Assembly (NCBI GenBank): GCA_046350755.1
Contig: JAXLZV010000001.1
Coordinates: 340,790 to 404,789, forward strand
DNA: 64,000 bases
Source: Candidatus Saccharimonadota bacterium
Lineage (GTDB): Bacteria > Patescibacteriota > Saccharimonadia > CAILAD01 > GCA-016700035
Direction: 5' to 3'
Below, piece after piece: positions 37,592 to 46,328 of the stretch (position 1 is the first letter of the stretch; every line of letters begins with the position of its first letter). Under the pieces are notes generated by a model. The model was not told where the DNA came from. It did not search any database and saw only the letters and a list, made by a program, of their open reading frames with translations. Both the position numbers and the translations under genes were made by a program.

Positions 37592-38098
37592 ATGCACCCT
37601 TTCGTAATTGCGCAAATCACCGGAACTATTGCGGTAATGCTTTCGATAGCAATGTATCAGTTTAATGATCGACGAACCATGTTGATCATCGATCTATTTA
37701 GCAGTGTGTTCTGGGCACTCACTTTTCTTGAGCTCGGTGCCTTAACGGGTTTATTTATCATCATCGTTGCAGGTGTATCAAATTTACTTTTCATATTTAT
37801 ACCACCAAGCAAAAAGAACCGATGGCTATTAGTGCTAATTATCCTATGGATGGTTGCGGCCACTGCTTTCACATGGGCAGGGCCAGCTAGCCTTTTAGCT
37901 ATGAGTGGTGCTGTACTGGGAGTTATAAGATTCTGGACCACTAACACGACAACAATCCGTCGTCTTGCGCTCGCCGCACCGCCATTTTGGCTTATGTATG
38001 ACCTGCTAACTGGAAACTATCCAGGGATTTTCATCGAAGTTATTGCCCTCGCGTCAAATCTCGTCGCTCAATATCGTTTTGATATGAAGAAGAGGTAA
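37592..38098 (+). CDS. YgjV-family inner membrane protein
   Basis: AQITG...YQ...R...LGALTG...IRR...WLMYD pattern. Confidence 0.75.
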   Translation: MHPFVIAQITGTIAVMLSIAMYQFNDRRTMLIIDLFSSVFWALTFLELGALTGLFIIIVAGVSNLLFIFIPPSKKNRWLLVLIILWMVAATAFTWAGPASLLAMSGAVLGVIRFWTTNTTTIRRLALAAPPFWLMYDLLTGNYPGIFIEVIALASNLVAQYRFDMKKR

Positions 38099-38169
38099 TA
38101 GCGACAGATCCATGATGACCCCATCCTTATTCGACTCTTTTGGGAGTCTTTTTTTGTTATAGTTATCCT

Positions 38170-38718
38170 ATGACGCGCTACCTCGCTCTACTCCGTGGCG
38201 TCAACGTCGGCGGTAAAGGCATGCTCAAGATGTCGGATCTCAAAGTAGCCATCGAACAGGCTGGCTTCAAGAACGTACAGACCTACATTAATAGTGGAAA
38301 TGTGCTTTTCTCCGCGGCTCCTACAGACACCCGCAAGCTCGCCCAAGACATTCATCAAATTATCCATACAACCTCTCAGCTAGATGTCGAGGTAATCGTA
38401 TTCACACATGACGAGTGGCGGCTCATCATCGAAGCTGCACCGCAGTGGTGGGGAGAGAATAAGGAATGGAAGCATAACTTACTCATTCTGATCCCGCCAT
38501 ATGACATGAGAGCAGTCATAGCCGCAGTTGGCGAGCTCAAGCCAGACATCGAAGCCATGCAGTCGGGTGATGGGGTTCTCTACCAATCAATGTCGAAAGC
38601 CCTCTTCGGCCGCACCACCACCGGCAAGCTAGCCAGCAACCCGATCTATAAAAAGATGACGATCCGTAACTTCAACACCGCCACCAAACTCCTCACGTTA
38701 CTTGAAGGTACCGGCTGA
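38170..38718 (+). CDS. DUF1697 family protein
   Basis: YLALLRGVNVGG, TYINSGNV and TIRNFNT motifs. Confidence 0.88.
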   Translation: MTRYLALLRGVNVGGKGMLKMSDLKVAIEQAGFKNVQTYINSGNVLFSAAPTDTRKLAQDIHQIIHTTSQLDVEVIVFTHDEWRLIIEAAPQWWGENKEWKHNLLILIPPYDMRAVIAAVGELKPDIEAMQSGDGVLYQSMSKALFGRTTTGKLASNPIYKKMTIRNFNTATKLLTLLEGTG

Positions 38719-38754
38719 GTTGCACTCTCAATCATCGGGTGAAATACTAGGCTT

Positions 38755-39114
38755 ATGACAGTCATCGACGAATATCTCAAGCACGTAGCACCGCCCGAAA
38801 AAGCTGAGCTGGAACGGATTCGCAAGCTCGTGCACTCCATTGTGCCCAGCGCCACTGAGCTCATCAGCTATGGCGTCCCTTGTTTCGATTACTTAGATCG
38901 TCATCTCATCTTCTTTGCAGCTGCGAAACATCATCTCAGTATCTTCCCGGGATCAGAGCCAGTAGCAACTTTCCAGGAAGAGCTCAAAGATTTTCACACC
39001 TCAAAAGGCACCATTCGCTTCACGGTTGATCAGCCAATTCCCGCAGGATTACTCCGCAAGATCATCAAGCAATGCATGCATACTATTGAAATCAAACGAA
39101 CCAAGTTAGCATGA
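38755..39114 (+). CDS. DUF1801/YdhG-like protein
   Basis: IDEYL...ISYGVP...SKGTIRF. Confidence 0.8.
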   Translation: MTVIDEYLKHVAPPEKAELERIRKLVHSIVPSATELISYGVPCFDYLDRHLIFFAAAKHHLSIFPGSEPVATFQEELKDFHTSKGTIRFTVDQPIPAGLLRKIIKQCMHTIEIKRTKLA

Positions 39115-39470
39115 CCACTGCCACACAGAAAATCGATACCTATCTAGCTGATCTGCCCGACTGGCAAAATCAGAATCTAGCACTCTTTCGCCGCCTCGTA
39201 CATGAGGCTGAACCAAAAATAGTCGAAGACTGGAAGTGGAACGTGCCGTTCTTCATGCTCGACGGCAAGATGGTATTTGCCATGTCAGCCTTCAAGGCTC
39301 ACACGAAGTACAATTTTATCGCCAACGGCGCCCTACTCAACGATCCGCATAAGCTCTTTAATAATGGCCTGGAATCAAAGAAGTCGCGCGGCATTGATCT
39401 GCATGAAGACGAAGCAATCAACCAAGCTCAACTCAAAGCACTAATCCAGGAATCGATACAACTGCTCTAA
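39111..39470 (+). CDS. DUF1801 family protein
   Basis: IDTYL...EDWKWNVP...GALLNDPHKLFN. Confidence 0.8.
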   Translation: MTTATQKIDTYLADLPDWQNQNLALFRRLVHEAEPKIVEDWKWNVPFFMLDGKMVFAMSAFKAHTKYNFIANGALLNDPHKLFNNGLESKKSRGIDLHEDEAINQAQLKALIQESIQLL

Positions 39471-40162
39471 GTTTTGCGCAACAACTTCTGCTGCACAGCC
39501 TCGAGACTACGGCTGACTCCCGTGCCCGGCTGCAAATAGCGATAAACAATCAGTGCCCAAGCCAAACTGACACACCATGCAGCTAAGATGTCGGTTGGAA
39601 AATGTACGCCGAGATACAAACGGCTCAAGCCAACCAAACCGGCATATACGCCGCCAGCGATGATAGCCGGCCAGCGCCATTTCGTCCGCCACAAGATCAC
39701 GATCACAGCAAATACCAGCGCACTGCTGGCCATCGCATGACCACTCGGAAACGAATAGCTTTTCTCCACTACCAGTGCCTGCCAAAATGATGGCCGGCTA
39801 CGCTGAAAGATTTGCTTGAGGATGGCATTCATCCCCGTGGCGCCGATAGCAATCAAGCCAAACATAACAAGCTGCCGCCAGCGCCCGCGCCAAGCTAAAA
39901 AGCCCATAATAGCCAGAGTAATCGCAATGATCACCAGGGTACTACCAAAAGTAGTGATCACGATCATGAGCCGATCGAGCGTCGGATTCGCATAGGCATG
40001 TATCGTCTCAAGCACCCAGACATCAAGGCGAATCGGCTCGCGCTCTAGTACTTCGCCTGCCAGGGCGACAAACATGGCTACAAGCGACCAAAAGAGTAGG
40101 GTCACGAGCGTGAACTTCTGGATAGACAGCCTCACGAGATGATTGAGCTTACGCGTTGCCAT
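39467..40162 (-). CDS. PAP2 phosphatase (undecaprenyl-PP phosphatase-like)
   Basis: KxxxxRSRP, SFPSGH and SRLYLGVHFPTD motifs. Confidence 0.92.
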   Translation of the reverse strand: MATRKLNHLVRLSIQKFTLVTLLFWSLVAMFVALAGEVLEREPIRLDVWVLETIHAYANPTLDRLMIVITTFGSTLVIIAITLAIMGFLAWRGRWRQLVMFGLIAIGATGMNAILKQIFQRSRPSFWQALVVEKSYSFPSGHAMASSALVFAVIVILWRTKWRWPAIIAGGVYAGLVGLSRLYLGVHFPTDILAAWCVSLAWALIVYRYLQPGTGVSRSLEAVQQKLLRKT

Positions 40163-40243
40163 AACTGTCTTTCATTATACGCCCTGACTTTACATGCCCA
40201 AGGCAAAGCCGCCATACTCAGTGTGAAGCAACGAGGATCCACT

Positions 40244-40822
40244 ATGTATAAGCCCCAATCACTTGAGCAGGTTGTATTGGTCGACGAAAACGATCGGCCA
40301 GTCGGCACTACCGACAAGTCAACCGTACACACACAAGACACGCCTTTGCACCGAGCCTTTTCGCTCTTCTTGTTTGATGACCACAATCGCCTACTTTTGC
40401 AACGTCGTGCCGAGCACAAAGTCACGTGGCCCGGCATCTGGAGTAACTCAGTCTGTGGACACCCATTGCCAGACGAAGGCTACACGGCCGCGGCGCAACG
40501 CCGCCTCAGCTACGAGCTAGGTATTCATGTCCCGACCGAGGCAATTCATATGGTGATACCTGATTATCGCTACCGGTATGAGTTTCAGGGCGTCGTGGAG
40601 AATGAATTCTGCCCCGTCTTGGTCGTCCGCCAGGCAGTGACACCAAAGCCAAACCCCGATGAAGTGAGCGATATACGCTGGGTGCAATGGGATGATTTTC
40701 TCAACGAGATCCAGCAACCAAATACCTACTCCGAATGGTGCGTCGAGGAAGCTCAACTGCTCGCAAAATCAGAAAAGCTGCAACACATACTACGCAATAC
40801 AACCGGCGGTGACTCATTATGA
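40244..40822 (+). CDS. idi: Isopentenyl-diphosphate delta-isomerase type 1
   Basis: LHRAFS, LLQRRA, SVCGHP, ENEFCPV and PNPDEV motifs. Confidence 0.93.
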   Translation: MYKPQSLEQVVLVDENDRPVGTTDKSTVHTQDTPLHRAFSLFLFDDHNRLLLQRRAEHKVTWPGIWSNSVCGHPLPDEGYTAAAQRRLSYELGIHVPTEAIHMVIPDYRYRYEFQGVVENEFCPVLVVRQAVTPKPNPDEVSDIRWVQWDDFLNEIQQPNTYSEWCVEEAQLLAKSEKLQHILRNTTGGDSL

Positions 40823-41082
40823 AGCGCTCTAGTCGACTTATTATCATCATTATCAGCCTGATAGCACCTATGCTCGTAGGCTGGTTGCGTGGCATGAACG
40901 ATCCTAGCGGCTGGAGCACCCTAGTTGGCTTTTTCATCGGCAGCATTGGTGCGGTTATTATTGGGATAGCTGGTGCGCTAGTAGCATTTTTGCTACGCAA
41001 TCGACCTAACGAACATATTTCTTTGTACGTTTACTGCCTCGCGTCGATCTCGCTCTGTGTTTTCCTACTAGCGACGGCTTAG
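40819..41082 (+). CDS. Small membrane protein
   Basis: Three TM segments; overlaps the idi stop. Confidence 0.6.
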   Translation: MKRSSRLIIIIISLIAPMLVGWLRGMNDPSGWSTLVGFFIGSIGAVIIGIAGALVAFLLRNRPNEHISLYVYCLASISLCVFLLATA

Positions 41083-41153
41083 TTTTTATATCGGCCTAGC
41101 TCTATGCGATGATTGAAATAACTGTCCATATCTGTTAGGATAAGTCAGTTTTA

Positions 41154-41230
41154 CGGGGTGTGGCGCAGTTGGCTAGCGCGCCTGCTTTGGGAGCAGGAGG
41201 CCGGAGGTTCGAGTCCTCTCACCCCGACCA
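41154..41230 (+). tRNA. tRNA-Pro(TGG)
   Basis: CCTGC-TTTGGGA-GCAGG, CCA end. Confidence 0.95.
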
Positions 41231-41355
41231 TGACAAGGCCCGACTCATCCGAGTCGGGTTTTGTCATAGCTGACAGAGGGCTCGAAACCCGAGGTTCGCT
41301 ATTCGAGGACGCGCGCAAGAGCTCGCTCCGAGCACGCCGCAAGAATATACAGAGT

Positions 41356-41374
41356 AGTCCTCTCACCCCGACCA
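41356..41374 (+). repeat. Duplicated 19-bp tRNA-Pro 3' end
   Basis: AGTCCTCTCACCCCGACCA, identical to 41212-41230. Confidence 0.85.
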
Positions 41375-41469
41375 ACTAAAATGTCCGAGCGTTGTCTCGG
41401 GCTTTTTAGTTGGCCTGCGACGCGAACTAAGTTCTCCGGGCGAATTCTGAAAACCTACTCACCCGCGCG

Positions 41470-42072
41470 CTAGACTAGCGGCACGAACGCAAAACCAGAA
41501 AATATCTCCTGATTAATGCGGCCAGCCTTATGCTTTTTCACTTGCACGATATCTTCCCCAATCGGCAACACCATGATGCCAGGGCTCGCTAGCTGTTCAC
41601 ACAGCTCCAGCGGCAAAGTTTCTGCTGCTGCCGATACTAAAATGCGATCAAACGGAGCCTGCTCAGGCATGCCTAGCGTCTCGCCCGGCGCCTCAACAAT
41701 GACATTCGGAAACGCATAGTGCGCGAGATTGCGCTGAGCAAACTTCACCAGCTCGGAAATTTTTTCGATGCCATACACGTTACCAGTCGGCCCAACCATC
41801 TGAGCTAGTAAAGCTGTTGTCCACCCCGAGCCACAGCCGATATCGAGAACTTTTTGGCCTGGACGTACGTCCAAGAGATTCAACATAAAGGCCACCGTGT
41901 AAGGTTGGGAAATTGTCTGACCATGCCCGATCGATAGAGGATGATCCTCGTAGGCGCGCAACCGATCGACCGGCCGCACAAACCGACGACGATCGGTGGC
42001 AGTAAAGGCCGCCCGGACAGCCGGGTTCCGTAGAACGCCAGCTTGCTCTAATTGATTAACTAGATCTTCCAT
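41470..42072 (-). CDS. pcm: Protein-L-isoaspartate O-methyltransferase
   Basis: GQTISQP, VLDIGCGSG, APFDRILVSAA and FVPLV motifs. Confidence 0.93.
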   Translation of the reverse strand: MEDLVNQLEQAGVLRNPAVRAAFTATDRRRFVRPVDRLRAYEDHPLSIGHGQTISQPYTVAFMLNLLDVRPGQKVLDIGCGSGWTTALLAQMVGPTGNVYGIEKISELVKFAQRNLAHYAFPNVIVEAPGETLGMPEQAPFDRILVSAAAETLPLELCEQLASPGIMVLPIGEDIVQVKKHKAGRINQEIFSGFAFVPLV

Positions 42073-42156
42073 ACTTCTAGTCTACGCCCTTTCCTGAATA
42101 CCGCCACCTGGAGACCATGCTTTGCCAGGTGTATAATGCGGGTAGGAGAAATTCAT

Positions 42157-42411
42157 ATGAGTAACGATGTTTTTAGTCAAACGGTCGGCACGTTTATCCA
42201 ACAAAACATTTGGTGGATAATCGCCATCTATGCGTGGTCATTATTTTGGAAGGGTGTGGCACTCTGGAAATCAGCCCGCGAGGGCCAGTCAGTCTGGTTT
42301 GTAGTCTTCCTATTTGTAAATACCATTGGCATCCTTGAGATCCTCTACATCTTCTACTTCTCAAAGCATACTGGCTTGCCCAAGGGTCCCACTAAAGATC
42401 TCGAGACCTAG
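42157..42411 (+). CDS. DUF5652-like membrane protein
   Basis: WKGVALWKSA...WF...NTIGILEILY. Confidence 0.75.
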   Translation: MSNDVFSQTVGTFIQQNIWWIIAIYAWSLFWKGVALWKSAREGQSVWFVVFLFVNTIGILEILYIFYFSKHTGLPKGPTKDLET

Positions 42412-42440
42412 CCGGGAGACTCAAAAACTGGCTCCCATAT

Positions 42441-42516
42441 CGGGGTGTGGCGCAGTTGGTAGCGCGCGTCGTTCGGGACGACGAGGTCGCTGGTTCAAGT
42501 CCGGTCACCCCGACCA
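42441..42516 (+). tRNA. tRNA-Pro(CGG)
   Basis: CGTCG-TTCGGGA-CGACG, CCA end. Confidence 0.95.
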
Positions 42517-42608
42517 ATACTTACAAGCGTTCAGGAAAAACCTGAGCTTTTTTGCATAAAAAAAACCGCGCGCTCAGTGCTGAGACACGCGGGGGTTGAA
42601 GATCGGGA

Positions 42609-43136
42609 TCAGGGAGCTGAGACCAGCGCCGGCTGGATGGCACCGCCGCCGGACTCAGAGCCACCGCTCAGAGCAGGCGTACCACCGGTACCACCATCGC
42701 CACCGCCGCCGGGCAACATCGCTTCGGAGCCACCATCGGCCGGCTGCAGCACCTCCTCGTCATCGCCGTCGAAGCCGTCGATGAGTGAGGTGTACTCACG
42801 GCTGTCGAAGGCGGCGATGAAGTCGATCAGCGTCTGCGGCAGACCAACTTCGTAGCAGTGGGTGCCATCGGCATCAGTCGCCTCGCTGTAGTTGATGCAT
42901 CCGTTCCACTCGCGCGAGATCGCGGCGGCATCAGTCCGGAAGAAAACGCTCAGCTTGTTGGCACCGACCGTCACGGCTCGACCCGTGGCCTGCTCGAATG
43001 CCCGAGCGATGACGCACTCGTACGCATCGCTGGGTACGCCCTTCGGCAAGCCGCCGATGTCATCTCCGCCGAGGATGCGGAAGACAGGGTTCAGATAACT
43101 GAGGATCTGAGTGGTAGGAACCGCATTGGCTGTCAT
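42609..43136 (-). CDS. GC-rich hypothetical protein with acidic Gly-rich tail
   Basis: SD AAGGGAG; terminator 42561-42596; GC-rich third positions. Confidence 0.6.
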   Translation of the reverse strand: MTANAVPTTQILSYLNPVFRILGGDDIGGLPKGVPSDAYECVIARAFEQATGRAVTVGANKLSVFFRTDAAAISREWNGCINYSEATDADGTHCYEVGLPQTLIDFIAAFDSREYTSLIDGFDGDDEEVLQPADGGSEAMLPGGGGDGGTGGTPALSGGSESGGGAIQPALVSAP

Positions 43137-43312
43137 GCCATCTCCCTTGCTCAAGGTACATTAAGGTGACTATATTCCTGCGTTGACCAGGAGTCAAGCA
43201 TATTGCGCTACTGCTTCCGCCTGCCACTTGCCTATATATCGCGAGCTCAAGCAGCCGTTTTTTACAAATGACACTTGCAATGTGTGCGCGAGTAAGAAAA
43301 GATGATGAAGAC

Positions 43313-44692
43313 ATGAAATCCAAGCCGCAATCCACACGCCGCAAATTCTTCCATCAATGGCTTGCCTGGACCAAGCAACATCAAGTCATGGTGGCGATCA
43401 TCGGCCTGCTGACACTTGGCTTTATTACGCGCTTTTTTCTCTTTGGCTACCCGAGCTCAGCAGTGTTTGACGAGGTCTACTTTGGCAAATTTGTCGGTAA
43501 CTATTTCTCTGGTAGCTATTTCTTTGATATCCACCCACCATTTGGGAAACTCTTAATCGCCGGCTTCGCCTGGGTAATGCGCTATAACCCAACCTCTTCA
43601 TTCGCAGCTATCGGCACGGCTTTTAGCGATAATGGCTACTTACTCTTGCGCTTCTTGCCCTCGCTGGCTGGCGCGCTGTTGCCTCTAGTTTTTTACGGCA
43701 TTGCCCGCGAATTCGGCCTGAAAAACCGGACAGCTTTTCTGATTGGACTGGCGGTCATACTTGATAATGCTCTGCTGGCTCAAAGCCGCTTTGTACTGAT
43801 TGATAGCTTACTGCTACTGTTTGGCTTTGCGTCGCTCTGGGCGTACCTCGTCTGGCGGCGGCGGCGCAAATGGCAGTGGATTGTCGGCGCTGCAGCTTTA
43901 GCCGGGATGGCAGTCAGCGTGAAATGGACCGCGGCGATTTTTCTAGCCCTGCCAATTATCATCGAGGTGTTGCGGTGGGTGCGCTGGCAACGTTTCGTGA
44001 AGGTTTTAGCCGTCTACTTTGCGATCCCCGTATTGCTATATCTCAGCTTTTTTGTCATCCACGTCAGTTTGCTCACGAAAACCGGCGACGGCGACGTCTT
44101 CATGACACCGGCCTTCCAGTCTGGTCTGCGCGGCAACCAGTACGCCAGTACAAATGAATATCGGCCTCTGAATTTACCAGCCAAAATCGTGGAGCTCAAC
44201 TACCAAATGTACGCCGCCAACCAACGCTTGACCGCTGGTCACCCTTACGGCAGTAAATGGTATACCTGGCCTATTATGTTGCGGCCGATTTCATATTGGG
44301 TGGAAGGAACTGGCGCGATCTGGCTCATCGGTAACCCGCTAGTCTGGTGGGGTTCACTCGCAGGACTATTAACACTTATTGGGATGTTGATCGCCAAGAA
44401 ACTCACTGTCAAAAGTTTTGATGCCGCCTGGATTGTCCTGATTGGTTTCGCGATTAGCTGGCTACCGTTTGCAGCAATTAGTCGTGTGATGTTCTTATAT
44501 CACTATTTTATCCCGCTTGGGTTTGCCATCCTGGCAGCGGGCATAGTGGTGGATCGCATGAGTCTCAAGGAACAAACCTTCATTGCACTCCTGCTCAGTG
44601 CCACCTTCCTGCTATTCGCTCCGGCTAGCTACGGCATAGCTATTAATCAGCAGTTGCTCAATCTTCGGAGCTGGCTACCAACTTGGCGCTAG
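43313..44692 (+). CDS. Protein O-mannosyltransferase (GT39/PMT)
   Basis: VFDEVYF, DIHPPFGK, SVKW, HPYGSKWYTWP, IGNPLVWW and FLYHY motifs. Confidence 0.9.
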   Translation: MKSKPQSTRRKFFHQWLAWTKQHQVMVAIIGLLTLGFITRFFLFGYPSSAVFDEVYFGKFVGNYFSGSYFFDIHPPFGKLLIAGFAWVMRYNPTSSFAAIGTAFSDNGYLLLRFLPSLAGALLPLVFYGIAREFGLKNRTAFLIGLAVILDNALLAQSRFVLIDSLLLLFGFASLWAYLVWRRRRKWQWIVGAAALAGMAVSVKWTAAIFLALPIIIEVLRWVRWQRFVKVLAVYFAIPVLLYLSFFVIHVSLLTKTGDGDVFMTPAFQSGLRGNQYASTNEYRPLNLPAKIVELNYQMYAANQRLTAGHPYGSKWYTWPIMLRPISYWVEGTGAIWLIGNPLVWWGSLAGLLTLIGMLIAKKLTVKSFDAAWIVLIGFAISWLPFAAISRVMFLYHYFIPLGFAILAAGIVVDRMSLKEQTFIALLLSATFLLFAPASYGIAINQQLLNLRSWLPTWR

Positions 44693-44733
44693 CTTTCAGG
44701 AATTTCTCATAATATACTTGCTACACTAAAAGC

Positions 44734-45144
44734 ATGAAAAAAGTTCTCATTACTCTGGCCGTCATACTCGGACTTACCGCCTTGGGCTATGGCGTCTACG
44801 CCCTCACGCGCTCCCAAACTGCCGCAACCTCACCAGCCCCTCTCAGTTCCTCCGTCTCAACAAACTCAAGTGCAGCGAGTAATTCACCTCAACCGAGTAG
44901 CGCCTCAAAAACCATCACTACGTCAGAGCTCGCGAAAAATAATGGGAAAAATGGTGTTCCCTGCTGGGTCGCTGTTAATGGTACAGTCTATAACGTGACC
45001 GGCAGTAAAGAATGGGTCAACGGCGAGCATGTTCCGTCAAATGGCCAAGCCAAATGCGGCCGAGACGAATCGAGCTCAATCGGTCAATCACCACATGGCA
45101 CCAGCGTGCTGGCCAAGTTGCCGGTGATCGGCACACTACAGTAA
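44734..45144 (+). CDS. Membrane-anchored cytochrome b5-like heme/steroid-binding protein
   Basis: ELAKNNG, WVAVNGTVYNVT, GEH, CGRD and SPHG motifs; S/T-rich linker. Confidence 0.8.
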   Translation: MKKVLITLAVILGLTALGYGVYALTRSQTAATSPAPLSSSVSTNSSAASNSPQPSSASKTITTSELAKNNGKNGVPCWVAVNGTVYNVTGSKEWVNGEHVPSNGQAKCGRDESSSIGQSPHGTSVLAKLPVIGTLQ

Positions 45145-45222
45145 ATTACCTCCGCGAGGTCTAGCCATTTACCAGATAGAGTGGTAAAATATGGCGGTCG
45201 TTTGACAGTCCGAACATGCCAT

Positions 45223-45297
45223 GCGGGTATGGTATAAAGATTATTATTCCTGCCTTCCAAGCAGGCGATGCGGGTTTGATTCCCGCTACCCGCTCCA
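45223..45297 (+). tRNA. tRNA-Gly(TCC) with atypical D/T loops
   Basis: CCTGC-CTTCCAA-GCAGG; T-loop TTTGATT. Confidence 0.88.
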
Positions 45298-45395
45298 GTC
45301 ATTATTTGCCCATGTCGTCCACGAGCGTGGGCGATTTTTTTTACAAATGGGAAAGGCCCCCTTGCGGGGGCCGTGGATAGGACCGAGAATGAGCA

Positions 45396-45830
45396 CTAAC
45401 TGCTCTTCTTTTTCTTGGGAGCGAGAGGCACGATGAGTGCCTTCCACATCAGCCACAGTGCGGCGACTGCGATTGCCAAGGAGAAGAGCTGTACCCGGAA
45501 TGCCGGGCTGACCACCGCCAAGAAGACGAGGTAGCCGACGATGAGCACCGTCACGAGTTGGACGATGTTTCGAGGGTGGGACAGCCAACGGCCGACGAAG
45601 CGCGTGATCTCACGGAGATAGACTCCGGTAGCCACGGTGCAGGCGACGATGGCGAGTGCGCCCCAGGCTGGCGCCGTGGTTGCCACGAGTAGCCAGACGA
45701 AGCTGACCACTGAAGCTGAACCCACGATGATCCAACTGATCCACCAGCGATTGGGCTGGGGGTCGCGCTCACTGATGAGGCGAGCGACGAGTCCGGCCAA
45801 GCCGGTGAGAACGAGCAGGAACGCGATCAT
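45396..45830 (-). CDS. GC-rich membrane protein
   Basis: Five TM segments; SD GGGAGGG; TTGACA...TGCTATAA promoter; terminator downstream. Confidence 0.7.
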   Translation of the reverse strand: MIAFLLVLTGLAGLVARLISERDPQPNRWWISWIIVGSASVVSFVWLLVATTAPAWGALAIVACTVATGVYLREITRFVGRWLSHPRNIVQLVTVLIVGYLVFLAVVSPAFRVQLFSLAIAVAALWLMWKALIVPLAPKKKKSS

Positions 45831-45995
45831 GTATCCCTCCCGGGGAGTGTAGTGAAGGTCCTAACTGTTTTATAGCATATTTTTACTATTTTGTCAATGT
45901 ATTTTATTGATTTATCAGGTTAACGATGCTATTATATGTCAGCTTAGCGTTAGGAATCGTTGCGACGCAACGGCATGAATCTGTGAACTTTTTGA

Positions 45996-46072
45996 GCCCC
46001 GGTAGCTCAGTTGGATAGAGCAGTGGACTTCTAAGCCAATGGTCGTAGGTTCAAATCCTACCCGGGGCACCA
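45996..46072 (+). tRNA. tRNA-Arg(TCT)
   Basis: Cloverleaf with CCA end; two mismatches in the anticodon stem. Confidence 0.85.
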
Positions 46073-46082
46073 AAAGCATTAT

Positions 46083-46160
46083 GGTGGGTGTAGCTCAGTT
46101 GGTTAGAGCGCCGGGTTGTGGTCCCGGAGGTCGTGGGTTCGAGCCCCATCACTCACCCCA
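46083..46160 (+). tRNA. tRNA-His(GTG)
   Basis: G-1, CCGGG-TTGTGGT-CCCGG, CCA end. Confidence 0.95.
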
Positions 46161-46209
46161 TACGAGAAATCTCAGCTCAAAGCTGAGATTTTTGTTTATA
46201 CTAAAGCTC

Positions 46210-46326
46210 ATGACACGAAAACGTAAAACCGCTTCGTCGCAGGTCGGCTGGCCCCTGCTAATTATAGCTATGCTCGTCTACGCCGCAATGAGCGCGCTGA
46301 TGTGGTGGCTCTTACTGAGCGACTGA
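46210..46326 (+). CDS. 38-aa membrane peptide
   Basis: TATACT-N7-ATG; MTRKRKTASSQVGWPLLIIAMLVYAAMSALMWWLLLSD. Confidence 0.5.
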   Translation: MTRKRKTASSQVGWPLLIIAMLVYAAMSALMWWLLLSD

Positions 46327-46328
46327 GA

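Noticed and set aside
37167-46326. ORFs overlapping tRNAs (37167-37412, 41151-41379, 42326-42559, 45084-45436, 5' part of 46039-46326)
   Set aside because: They are translations of tRNA sequence.
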